Shown here piece by piece: positions 9,783 to 18,278 of a DNA stretch of 64,000 nucleotides. Numbering within the stretch: position 1 is the first letter of the stretch; the number at the start of each line of letters is the position of its first letter. The translations under genes and the position numbers were made by a program. Origin of the DNA: Patescibacteria group bacterium UBA924 (GTDB lineage: Bacteria > Patescibacteriota > Microgenomatia > UBA1400 > PJMF01); the NCBI GenBank assembly GCA_002293725.1, contig DBDU01000019.1, positions 11,792 to 75,791 of the forward strand, read 5' to 3'. The notes beneath the pieces are model-generated. The model was given only the letters and a program-made list of their open reading frames with translations, made no database searches and was not told the DNA's origin.

Positions 9783-11188
9783 AGCTTCCTTTGGGCGGCA
9801 ATGGCGTCTTTTAAGCTTGGCACAAACTCGGAGGGAATAAAATGGTGTTCTACAAAGCGAACGAGCAGTTCGCGAGCTTCGCTGAGCGCAGCCTCTTTGG
9901 TTTTGCCACTATCAAGAATTTTTTGCCATCCGTACTGAATCAACTCTGGAAGCGGTTGAAGTTGGTTGGCCGCCAGTGCCAAGGCAGCACGAGTCTCGTC
10001 GCGTGTACCTACGCACTCCAGCGACTTTACGTCAGTAAACCCAGCCAGTTGATCTAAAAGATCTCGCAACTCTTGGTTATTGAGAATGTCTTTCTTAAAG
10101 ATACTATCTAGCTCTGTTTCGGTTAAAAATCCGGCCAATAAAACTGCTACAAATAAGCACTTCGGGCACTCACCGCACCAAGTGCCTGTCTTCTGTCCTC
10201 TGTTGCAACTTAAGAAAACGAGCCAGTACTGTTTGAACTGAGTGAACAGTGAGGCAATCTGGAGTTCATGAAGTGGCCTAAGATAGCTAAAGTACTCAAT
10301 TGTTTTGGATAAGTACTGCTGTTGGTACGAACGAAACTGTTCTTCAAACTCTACCGTTTTGGAGTATTGATGGTTAATAGACTGACCAAGAAAAACAGTG
10401 TTGCCTTCGTTGGCGCTCCATTCGTTGGATACGGGAAAGAAAGCGTAGTCATATACATACGCTGCGAACGTGCCTAAGAAAGCAGCCATTGCGTTAAATG
10501 GGGTGTGACCGTTGAGGTATCCTTGGGCATTGAGGTCAAGGATTTGAGGATCGAGCTGACGCTGCACCGTAATATGACTTTTTTGATTGGGCTGAGTTTG
10601 CCAGAACGTTTCCACTACTCGCTGTTGTTGAGGATACTCATTGATCGTAAAAGTAGTCATTGGCGTCTGAGTTTGTCGTAGTAACTCACTACTGACGACT
10701 GAGTCTTTGCCTCCACCAACCGGAAATAAAATACGATGCTGATGAACAGCCTGATCGATTTCGGGATGAAGTTGGTCCGCGTCTTCAACTTCAGTCTGAA
10801 AGGTCACGAAGTTATCTTCCCAACCATTGATTTGATGGATATAGAAGAACTCACTCATGCCTTTGTGTAATAGGTTCAACCAAAACGGAAACTGTTCAGC
10901 ATAGATGCCAGGAACCTTAATGACCCACTCTGGACTGCACGCCGCTTTCCAGTAAGAAAGTCCTTCTACCATTCCAAGCTGAGCAGCCCAGACTTTAAGA
11001 AGTGTTTGATCTTTTGTGGCCAGGGATTCTGCGGTCAATTGAGGAAAGAGGTACCTGCTCTCAAATGCGGGACCAGCTTCAAAGTGGTAGTGCAACCTGA
11101 CAATCAGGTGATCTGACTGTTGATCGAGCACAGCTTGATCAAAGTAAAACCGAGGGTGTTTGAGACGAAGATCATCAAGACTTAGCAT
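9779..11188 (-). CDS. PP-loop ATP pyrophosphatase-like protein with Cys cluster; candidate MurL-like UDP-MurNAc-L-Ala-L-Glu epimerase
   Basis: 469-aa ORF with an SGGxDS-type PP-loop (FPVGGGKDSVV, around residue 155) and a CxxC-containing cluster (CNRGQKTGTWCGECPKC) about 175 residues later, a QueC-like core with N- and C-terminal extensions. It is wedged between mraY and murD and coupled to murD by an ATGA overlap. Confidence 0.5.
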   Translation of the reverse strand: MLSLDDLRLKHPRFYFDQAVLDQQSDHLIVRLHYHFEAGPAFESRYLFPQLTAESLATKDQTLLKVWAAQLGMVEGLSYWKAACSPEWVIKVPGIYAEQFPFWLNLLHKGMSEFFYIHQINGWEDNFVTFQTEVEDADQLHPEIDQAVHQHRILFPVGGGKDSVVSSELLRQTQTPMTTFTINEYPQQQRVVETFWQTQPNQKSHITVQRQLDPQILDLNAQGYLNGHTPFNAMAAFLGTFAAYVYDYAFFPVSNEWSANEGNTVFLGQSINHQYSKTVEFEEQFRSYQQQYLSKTIEYFSYLRPLHELQIASLFTQFKQYWLVFLSCNRGQKTGTWCGECPKCLFVAVLLAGFLTETELDSIFKKDILNNQELRDLLDQLAGFTDVKSLECVGTRDETRAALALAANQLQPLPELIQYGWQKILDSGKTKEAALSEARELLVRFVEHHFIPSEFVPSLKDAIAAQRKL

Positions 11189-11195
11189 GCCAGCA

Positions 11196-12236
11196 TCATA
11201 ACATCGCCAGCCATACTCCGAACAAGGTCAACATGATTTGAACGATCCATGCTCGTTGAACAATTTTGGGCTCTTCCCAACCGTGATACTGCAGCCAAAG
11301 ATGGAAAGGTGAGACCTTGAAGATCTTTTTATGACGGAGTCTTTTAGAGAGGAGCTGTGCACTGGAAGTGAAGATTTCGAAGACGAAAATAAAGCCGATT
11401 ACTACCAAGGCAATTACTTTACCTAGTAGTAGACCTACCACAGCTAAAGTAGCACCAAAAGCGAGCGCGCCCACGTCTCCCATAAAAAGGCGTGCAGGAA
11501 AGATATTAAAGTATAAGAATGAGATCAAGGAACCCAACCAGAGTGCCAACAACATCGAGAGCGGAATGTCTAAGATCTGTGAAGACAAGAACCATAGGCC
11601 AAACAAGGAAATCATTAACACACCGGCAGCCAGCCCATCAAGACCATCGGTAATGTTGACGGCGTTGGTAAAAGCGACGATCACAAAAATGGCAAAAGGA
11701 ATGTATGCCCAGCCAAGCTGGAAGGTCCCCACAAACGGAATGTTAATGAAGGAGATGCCTAACTGGAAGTGCAACATGCAAGCAATAACGGTTGCTAACA
11801 AGATTTGTAAGACAAACTTGTGCTTCATCCGCAAACCAAAAAACTGTTCTTTCTTGAACTGAAAGAACTTTTTAACGTCGTCATACAATCCGAGCAAGCC
11901 AAAGGATAAAAAGGTAAAGAACAAGATATTAATCTCGGTGGGAATGTCATAGACACCAGTGACCGCAATTCCCATGTACTTCACTACCGGAAAGATAAAG
12001 GCAAATAAAACGGTTACTACTAAGATGATCAGTAGTCCTCCACCAACTGGAACACCAGCTTTGACATTATGGAACTGATCAAAGATAGGCGTGTGCTCAC
12101 CAAAAGCATCAATAGTTTTTTGCTTGGCGCGACGAAAACGCATCGCATAGAGCATGTTGATGAAAGGCACGATTAAAATGCTGGTCACCACAAAGGAGAA
12201 AATAAGAAGACCAAGGATAAAAACGAGTGACTGCAT
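11196..12236 (-). CDS. mraY: Phospho-N-acetylmuramoyl-pentapeptide transferase MraY
   Basis: 346 aa, about 10 transmembrane helices, conserved MraY blocks (NAVNITDGLDGLA, FMGDVGALAFG). Confidence 0.93.
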   Translation of the reverse strand: MQSLVFILGLLIFSFVVTSILIVPFINMLYAMRFRRAKQKTIDAFGEHTPIFDQFHNVKAGVPVGGGLLIILVVTVLFAFIFPVVKYMGIAVTGVYDIPTEINILFFTFLSFGLLGLYDDVKKFFQFKKEQFFGLRMKHKFVLQILLATVIACMLHFQLGISFINIPFVGTFQLGWAYIPFAIFVIVAFTNAVNITDGLDGLAAGVLMISLFGLWFLSSQILDIPLSMLLALWLGSLISFLYFNIFPARLFMGDVGALAFGATLAVVGLLLGKVIALVVIGFIFVFEIFTSSAQLLSKRLRHKKIFKVSPFHLWLQYHGWEEPKIVQRAWIVQIMLTLFGVWLAML

Positions 12237-12238
12237 AG

Positions 12239-13558
12239 TTACTGTCTTCTAATGGTAGCACCAAGTGCCTGAAAAACCTCTTCCAAACGTTCATAACCGC
12301 GATCAATGTGCTCGGCACTGTCATGTAAGGTGGTAGTGCCCTCAGCAATTAAGCCGGCGATCATTAACGTTGCGCCATGACGTAAATCTTTAACCGTGAA
12401 CTCACCACCTTTGAGTGGGGTTGGTCCAGTAATCTTGGCCGCGTGTTTATTCTCTGGTTTATCAACATCAAGGTTAAAGTTATACACTTGATCCGGATTT
12501 GCAACTTCGGGATTATACAACTCAATCTTTGCTCCCATGGCATTAAGTGAGTCTACATACTGAAAGCGGTTCTCAGAAACGGTCTCATGTAAGATGCTCG
12601 TCCCACGAGCCTGAGTCATCATCGTTACCCATAAGGGTTGCCAGTCAGTTTTAAAACCTGGATGAATACCAGTAGTAACGTCAGTTGCAGTAAGCTCACC
12701 CTTGTAGAAAAAGCGAACTCCGTAGTTACCAACTTCATAGCCTGCTCCAGCATCATCCAACTTAGCTAAGAACACTTCCAGATCTTTGGCGTCGGCATTC
12801 TCGACGATTACGTCGCCTTTGGTTGCCAGTGCTGCACAGGCAAATGAGACAACCTGGTTGTGATCAGGCATGATTTTATGAATAGCCCCTGATAACTTTG
12901 GGACGCCAATAATCTCAATCACACGATTGGGTTTACGTGTAATCTTGGCTCCCATGCTATTCAGAAACTTAATTAAGTCGTCGATCTCAGTTTCTAAGGC
13001 AGAGTTTTCCAAGATCGTAGTCCCTTTTGCCTTCACTGCTGCCATGATTAATGTCTCGGTTCCAGTATGAGTGCTTTTCTGAAACTTATACGTCGCTCCG
13101 GTCAGCTCTTTAGCCGTGACAATGATCTTGTTATCTTTGACTTCGACTTGTGCACCTAGTGCAATTAAGCCATCAAAGTGACGATCCAGAGGTCGAGCTC
13201 CAATCTTGTCTCCGCCCGGGAAAGGAACTACGGCTCGGCCAAACTTCGCCAACAACGCTGGGATAAACATCGTAGAGGCACGTGAGGCTTCACCAGAAGA
13301 TGGATCGATCTCGTCGAGTTTCAAGCTGGTGGGGTCAATCATGAACGTCCGCTCACCAACCTGCATTGCTTTGGCACCCAGAGAGTTGATTAATGAAGCC
13401 ACTAAGTAAACATCGCTGATGTGACTGAAGTTTAAGATGCGTGATGGTGTATCGGCTAGTAACGCTGCTAACATTAGCTTGTACGACGCGTTCTTCGCTC
13501 CACCCACTCTTACGCTGCCGTATAGTGGTTTACCACCATGAATGACAAAGTTTGACAT
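12239..13558 (-). CDS. murA: UDP-N-acetylglucosamine 1-carboxyvinyltransferase MurA
   Basis: GGAKNASYKLMLAALLAD, 439 aa, EPSP-synthase fold repeats. Confidence 0.93.
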   Translation of the reverse strand: MSNFVIHGGKPLYGSVRVGGAKNASYKLMLAALLADTPSRILNFSHISDVYLVASLINSLGAKAMQVGERTFMIDPTSLKLDEIDPSSGEASRASTMFIPALLAKFGRAVVPFPGGDKIGARPLDRHFDGLIALGAQVEVKDNKIIVTAKELTGATYKFQKSTHTGTETLIMAAVKAKGTTILENSALETEIDDLIKFLNSMGAKITRKPNRVIEIIGVPKLSGAIHKIMPDHNQVVSFACAALATKGDVIVENADAKDLEVFLAKLDDAGAGYEVGNYGVRFFYKGELTATDVTTGIHPGFKTDWQPLWVTMMTQARGTSILHETVSENRFQYVDSLNAMGAKIELYNPEVANPDQVYNFNLDVDKPENKHAAKITGPTPLKGGEFTVKDLRHGATLMIAGLIAEGTTTLHDSAEHIDRGYERLEEVFQALGATIRRQ

Positions 13559-13561
13559 AGA

Positions 13562-14533
13562 TTATTCGAGGAAAAATACCTCTTCCTGGAGTTCAACTCC
13601 AAACTCTTCGTGTACACGTTTTTTAACAATTTTGGCGAGTTCTAGAACTTGTTCACTCGTTCCTTGTCCTTTGTTAACAAAAAAGGCAGCGTGTTTCTGG
13701 CTGACTTCAATATCACCCACACGGGTGCCTTTCAGGCCTGCTTGATCGATTAAGAAGGCAGAGGGACACTCGCGTCGTTCGGCATACTGTGCAAAACGCG
13801 CTTTGAGTAGAGGTGTATTGGATGAGTTACGGAAGTAACACCCTGAGCTAGGTTCTCCTAACGGCTGGGTCTTTGCTCGATAAAGAGTGGCTTCTTTGAC
13901 TAACTCCATTGATTTTTCTTTATTGCCAGGAAAGAGTGCAAACTCGGCTTGCAAGATAATGTCATCGGTTGAGTGAAATACAGAGCTATCGTAAGCGAAC
14001 TGGCACTCTTCTTGTGTTAGCCACTTTACTTCACCTGCTCTCGTAACGACTTCAACTCGGTGGACGTGCTTCCCAATCAGGTCAGAAAGATAGTGGGCAT
14101 TGTTATAAATAGCACCGCCTACTCTACCAGGTACTCCTAAAAAGTACTCTAGACCGCCTAAGCCATCATCAATTGTCTGCCGGACAAATAAGCCTGTTTT
14201 GTATCCTGCACCAACAACTACGAGACGCTGATCACCAATTTTATCTGGTAAAAGCTGATACTCTTCATTGGCAGTTCTGATGACTACCCCTTCGATTCCA
14301 TCGCTGGAAATAACAACGTTGCTCGCTCCCGACAGAACAGTCAGTTTAAGCTTCTGCTTGTGACAGAACTGAACCACTTCAATAATCTCTTCTCTGCCTG
14401 TCAAATCTAAGAAAACTTCGGCTGGACCGCCAATTTTGAAGTAGGTCAACGGGGCTAACGGGTAGTCAAACTCAGGTTTTAACTTAGCTAAGTGCTCTGC
14501 CACTACTGTTTGTGTCTTGGTCAGTTGCTGCAT
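13562..14533 (-). CDS. murB: UDP-N-acetylenolpyruvoylglucosamine reductase MurB
   Basis: FAD-binding YFKIGGPAEVF...TVLSGASNVV, 323 aa. Confidence 0.9.
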   Translation of the reverse strand: MQQLTKTQTVVAEHLAKLKPEFDYPLAPLTYFKIGGPAEVFLDLTGREEIIEVVQFCHKQKLKLTVLSGASNVVISSDGIEGVVIRTANEEYQLLPDKIGDQRLVVVGAGYKTGLFVRQTIDDGLGGLEYFLGVPGRVGGAIYNNAHYLSDLIGKHVHRVEVVTRAGEVKWLTQEECQFAYDSSVFHSTDDIILQAEFALFPGNKEKSMELVKEATLYRAKTQPLGEPSSGCYFRNSSNTPLLKARFAQYAERRECPSAFLIDQAGLKGTRVGDIEVSQKHAAFFVNKGQGTSEQVLELAKIVKKRVHEEFGVELQEEVFFLE

Positions 14534-14535
14534 GA

Positions 14536-16014
14536 TTATGCCTGAATAAGGTCATGTACTTGATAAATATCGCCGGCGCCGATTGTCAGACAAACATCAC
14601 CTGGCCTGAGCTGAGTTTTACAGAACTCTGCCAATTTCTCAAGGGTCTGATAGTTGTGAGTCGTAATCGTTGGATACTTGGTGGCAATTGCCTGGCAGAG
14701 TTGATCACTGGTTACGCTTGGGTCAAATGCTTCGCGGGCAGAAGGGAAGATGTCTATCATGACGACTTCATTTGCTTCGGCAAAAGCATCAATAAACTCA
14801 GTGAAAAACTGTTTGGTGCGCGTAAAGGTGTGCGATTGGAAGGCAACCACTAACTTTCGATCAGGAAACCACTCACGGTAGGCGTGAATAACGCTGTGTA
14901 CTTCGTGAGGGTGATGTGCATAGTCATCATAGTAACGAACGCCATTTTTCTCGCCAATAAACTGACTTCGCCGTAGTGTTGATTGAAAGCTGGCTAAAGC
15001 TGCCACCGCTTTGGGCACGTCGACGCCTAGCGCCCAACATGCGGCAACAGCAGCAGCGGCATTACGCAGGTTGTACATGCCAGGAAGCTGGAGTTGGAGT
15101 CGTTGAGTAAATTGAAGGTGATTGGCGACTAACACACAGCTGGTTTGACCGTTCTGTGCCCAAAAAGTATCGCTGTCTAAGATAAAGCTTGGATGACTAG
15201 CAGGATCCTCGCTGAGATCGGCGCCGGCCGCGGTTTCTCCGAACCAAACTAACTGTCGTTCTTGTGACTCCGACCAATATGGTAGTGATTCAAGAGTAGA
15301 TTGATCAGCGATATTCGCAATTAATGTTCCTCGGGTCTGAACTTGATCGAAGAACTTAGCAAACTGCTTTTTTGTTTGGTCGAAATCTTTGTATACATCA
15401 GGATGATCATGACGAAGGTTGGTACAGACAGTCACAAACGGACGCATAAACGAAAAGCGGGGTGTAATTTCTTCGCCGCGGCTAGGTGCGCTCGGGTCGG
15501 TTACGTACTCATCCGCTTCGGCAATGAAGAACTCTGCTTGCTGATGCCACTGTCCCGTTTTCTCTAAGCCAGGAATGTCTCCAACCCCGATGGCGAAGTT
15601 TGGGTGGTAGCCAAGCTTTTCTAAGATCCAAGTGATCATGGCAGAGGTAGTCGACTTCCCGCCTACCCCACAGACTGCCACGCCCTTGTTGTCGTTAAAG
15701 AGATCTGCAACGGCTTCGGCATGAGTAAAAGTTGGAAGGTTCTGGGCGCTGGCCGCCTTAACTTGCGGATTATCCTGTGAGTTGTGGGCAGCGGTGTAAA
15801 TCACGCACTCGGTTTCGGCAGGTAAAGCTGTGTCAAACGACGAGTCGATCACGATCTGGCGTTGATCTAGCAGTTTCTGGGTTACAAACTCTTCAGCAAC
15901 ATCCGAGCCGCGCACAGACTTGCCAGCGTCCAACAAGCACTGAGCTAGGGCGGTCATGGCCACACCTTTAATTCCTACCAGATAGAAGTTTTGAAACGCT
16001 AGTAAACGAGACAT
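14536..16014 (-). CDS. murC: UDP-N-acetylmuramate--L-alanine ligase MurC
   Basis: YLVGIKGVAMTALAQCLLDAGKSVRGSD (MurC-type N-terminus), GVGGKSTTSAM P-loop, 492 aa. Confidence 0.88.
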   Translation of the reverse strand: MSRLLAFQNFYLVGIKGVAMTALAQCLLDAGKSVRGSDVAEEFVTQKLLDQRQIVIDSSFDTALPAETECVIYTAAHNSQDNPQVKAASAQNLPTFTHAEAVADLFNDNKGVAVCGVGGKSTTSAMITWILEKLGYHPNFAIGVGDIPGLEKTGQWHQQAEFFIAEADEYVTDPSAPSRGEEITPRFSFMRPFVTVCTNLRHDHPDVYKDFDQTKKQFAKFFDQVQTRGTLIANIADQSTLESLPYWSESQERQLVWFGETAAGADLSEDPASHPSFILDSDTFWAQNGQTSCVLVANHLQFTQRLQLQLPGMYNLRNAAAAVAACWALGVDVPKAVAALASFQSTLRRSQFIGEKNGVRYYDDYAHHPHEVHSVIHAYREWFPDRKLVVAFQSHTFTRTKQFFTEFIDAFAEANEVVMIDIFPSAREAFDPSVTSDQLCQAIATKYPTITTHNYQTLEKLAEFCKTQLRPGDVCLTIGAGDIYQVHDLIQA

Positions 16015-16018
16015 GATC

Positions 16019-16996
16019 TTACTGTAACAGTTTGCTGAGAACTTGGCGAACTTTATTCACATCATGGCGTAACAAAGATCGATGAACGGTATCAACGGCT
16101 GTTTTTTTACTGAGCTCTTCAGAAATTAAGTCTGCGCGAATCACGCTAGCATCTTCACCCAGATCATCTTTGACAGGAAACTCGTGGTGAGCTCCATAAA
16201 GCTCAAGAACCGTCTCGGGAATGTGGCCGTTGTTCACGACGGCGTAGTCAACTTTCCGACCAATCGCAGTCTCAATTCCTTCCACATGTTGACGAGCAGT
16301 CATGTCATGGGTCTGTGTGAGCCGGGTCATGAGGTTGACCATACACACTACTTTTGCTTTCGACTCTTGAAATGCTTCTTTAGTGCCTTCTGGCAGCAGG
16401 GCTGCGAGTAAGCTGGCATAGTAATCACCAGGACCAATCACAACTAGCTTTGCTGCTTGGATGGCGGTAGCTGCTTTTGGGTTAATAGTAGCTTGGGGAA
16501 TCAGCTGCACACTCTCAATTGGACGTGGAGTAGTAATATCTTCATCTAAAGTATGTTCGCCGACAATGACTTCACCATCTTTATAGTGAATCTCTAGTTG
16601 AACATTATCTGAAGTAGCAGGAACGACCTCACCGTGAAGTCGGAAGACCTTTTCGGCTATCTCCAACGCACGAGTTGTATCGCCAGTCATATCTTGTAAG
16701 GCGGTCAAAATCAGGTTGCCTAAGTTGTGACCTTTGAGTCCATTCCCTTTCTCAAAGCGGTAAAGCAAAATCTTGCGAATCCACTCTTCACCATCCGCTT
16801 GAGCCAGCGCAGCCAACGCTTGTCGTAGATCGCCTACTGGCTGAAAACCAAACTCATCACGGATTCGGCCGGTTGAACCACCGGAGTCTGAAACGGCAAT
16901 GATGCTGGTTAAGCTGACAGCCTGTTTTTTGAGGGCAGAGATAACTGGGAAAGTGCCAGTGCCGCCACCGATCACCACAACTGAGGTATCAACCAT
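16019..16996 (-). CDS. yvcK: YvcK/CofD-family protein (gluconeogenesis factor / UDP-GlcNAc-binding GlmR-like)
   Basis: VVIGGGTGTFPV...VSDSGGSTGRIR signature of UPF0052/CofD, 325 aa. Confidence 0.85.
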   Translation of the reverse strand: MVDTSVVVIGGGTGTFPVISALKKQAVSLTSIIAVSDSGGSTGRIRDEFGFQPVGDLRQALAALAQADGEEWIRKILLYRFEKGNGLKGHNLGNLILTALQDMTGDTTRALEIAEKVFRLHGEVVPATSDNVQLEIHYKDGEVIVGEHTLDEDITTPRPIESVQLIPQATINPKAATAIQAAKLVVIGPGDYYASLLAALLPEGTKEAFQESKAKVVCMVNLMTRLTQTHDMTARQHVEGIETAIGRKVDYAVVNNGHIPETVLELYGAHHEFPVKDDLGEDASVIRADLISEELSKKTAVDTVHRSLLRHDVNKVRQVLSKLLQ

Positions 16997-16999
16997 GAC

Positions 17000-18247
17000 T
17001 TACTCCTTTTTTGGATCTAACGCTAGCAGTGCCTCTTGTGCCGCAGTGAGGTCACTCCAAGGATACTCTACCTTACCATAACTCATACTCTTTTCATGTC
17101 CTTTTCCGAAAATTCCGACGACGTCACCTGACTTAGCGTACTTTTGAATGGCAAAGTCGATTGCTTCCTGGCGGTCAGCAATGGAAGCCACTTTCTGGTG
17201 GTTCTTACCCAAGTTAGACTTCATTTGGCGAATGATTGACCAAACATCTTCTGTTCGCGGATCTTCGGCCGTGAAGATGGCAAAGTCAGCAAGCTCGGCT
17301 CCGATTCTTCCCATCATCGGTCTTTTCTGGACGTCACGTAAGCCGGCACAACCGAAAACAGCAATCAATCTTCCTTTGGACTTTTCCTGTTTCATTTTCT
17401 TTCGAACTGCCGTCAAAGCAGACTCTAACGCATTTGGTGTATGCGCAAAATCGATGATCACTTGAATGTTCTTTACTTTACCAACATGCTGCATTCTTCC
17501 TGGGACTCCGGGAAACTCTTTGAGCCCCTTGGCAAAGTCTTGGTCACTGACCTGGAGCTGCTTAGCAATGGTATAGACCAGTCGGGCATTCATCTGGTTA
17601 TAGAGTTGAGGGAAACGATCTTGAATAGCTTTCGAAACGCTAGTGGGAAGACGTTCAGAACGTGAGTAGCTGAGGATGTCGTCTTCTCTGCCGCTAAGCT
17701 GTTTTTTCAACTCGCGGAAAGAGTTACTGTCATCTGCATTTAAGACAATTTTCTCCGCTCTTTTGGCTAGCAAGGCTTTAGCAGCGACGTACTCTTGATA
17801 GGTCACGTGATAGTCCAAGTGTTCGTGAGTGATGTTCGTATAGCCAGCAATCTTTGGATACACTCCCCATAAGCGGTGTTGATATAACCCGTGTGAGGTA
17901 GTTTCTAAGACAACGTACTCGATGCCTAGCTCAGCCATCTTGGCTAAAAAACGCTGTACGTCACCTGCATCAGGAGTGGTGACGTGGAAGCCGGTATCAA
18001 TCTCCTCGTCACCAATGTAGGCCGCGACGGTAGTCACTAACGCAACCTTTTTGCCGGCCGCTTTCAGAATGTAGTACAACAGCGTTGACGAGCTGGTTTT
18101 GCCGTCGGTACCGGTAATAGCGATAATCTTTAACTTGCGCGCAGGAAAACCGTACTGGAGCTCTGCGAGAAATCCGCGGAGGAGGCCAGTTTTAATCAAG
18201 TGGAAGAAACGCTTGATTTTATAAAGAAGAAGCTTCGTCATCTGCAT
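17000..18247 (-). CDS. murE: Mur ligase family protein, MurE-like (UDP-MurNAc-tripeptide synthetase) with a short N-terminal domain
   Basis: IAITGTDGKTSSS P-loop. C-terminal TAEDPRTED resembles the MurE DNPR motif. Only 415 aa. Position after ftsI is as in canonical dcw clusters. Confidence 0.6.
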   Translation of the reverse strand: MQMTKLLLYKIKRFFHLIKTGLLRGFLAELQYGFPARKLKIIAITGTDGKTSSSTLLYYILKAAGKKVALVTTVAAYIGDEEIDTGFHVTTPDAGDVQRFLAKMAELGIEYVVLETTSHGLYQHRLWGVYPKIAGYTNITHEHLDYHVTYQEYVAAKALLAKRAEKIVLNADDSNSFRELKKQLSGREDDILSYSRSERLPTSVSKAIQDRFPQLYNQMNARLVYTIAKQLQVSDQDFAKGLKEFPGVPGRMQHVGKVKNIQVIIDFAHTPNALESALTAVRKKMKQEKSKGRLIAVFGCAGLRDVQKRPMMGRIGAELADFAIFTAEDPRTEDVWSIIRQMKSNLGKNHQKVASIADRQEAIDFAIQKYAKSGDVVGIFGKGHEKSMSYGKVEYPWSDLTAAQEALLALDPKKE

Positions 18248-18278
18248 AATTCTAATCGTTTCTCTCTGGCATTATAAC

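Noticed and set aside
11368-11862. 164-aa plus-strand ORF inside mraY
   Set aside because: It is antisense to a high-confidence MraY gene. Its Lys/Pro/Thr-rich low-complexity translation comes from the complement of hydrophobic codons.
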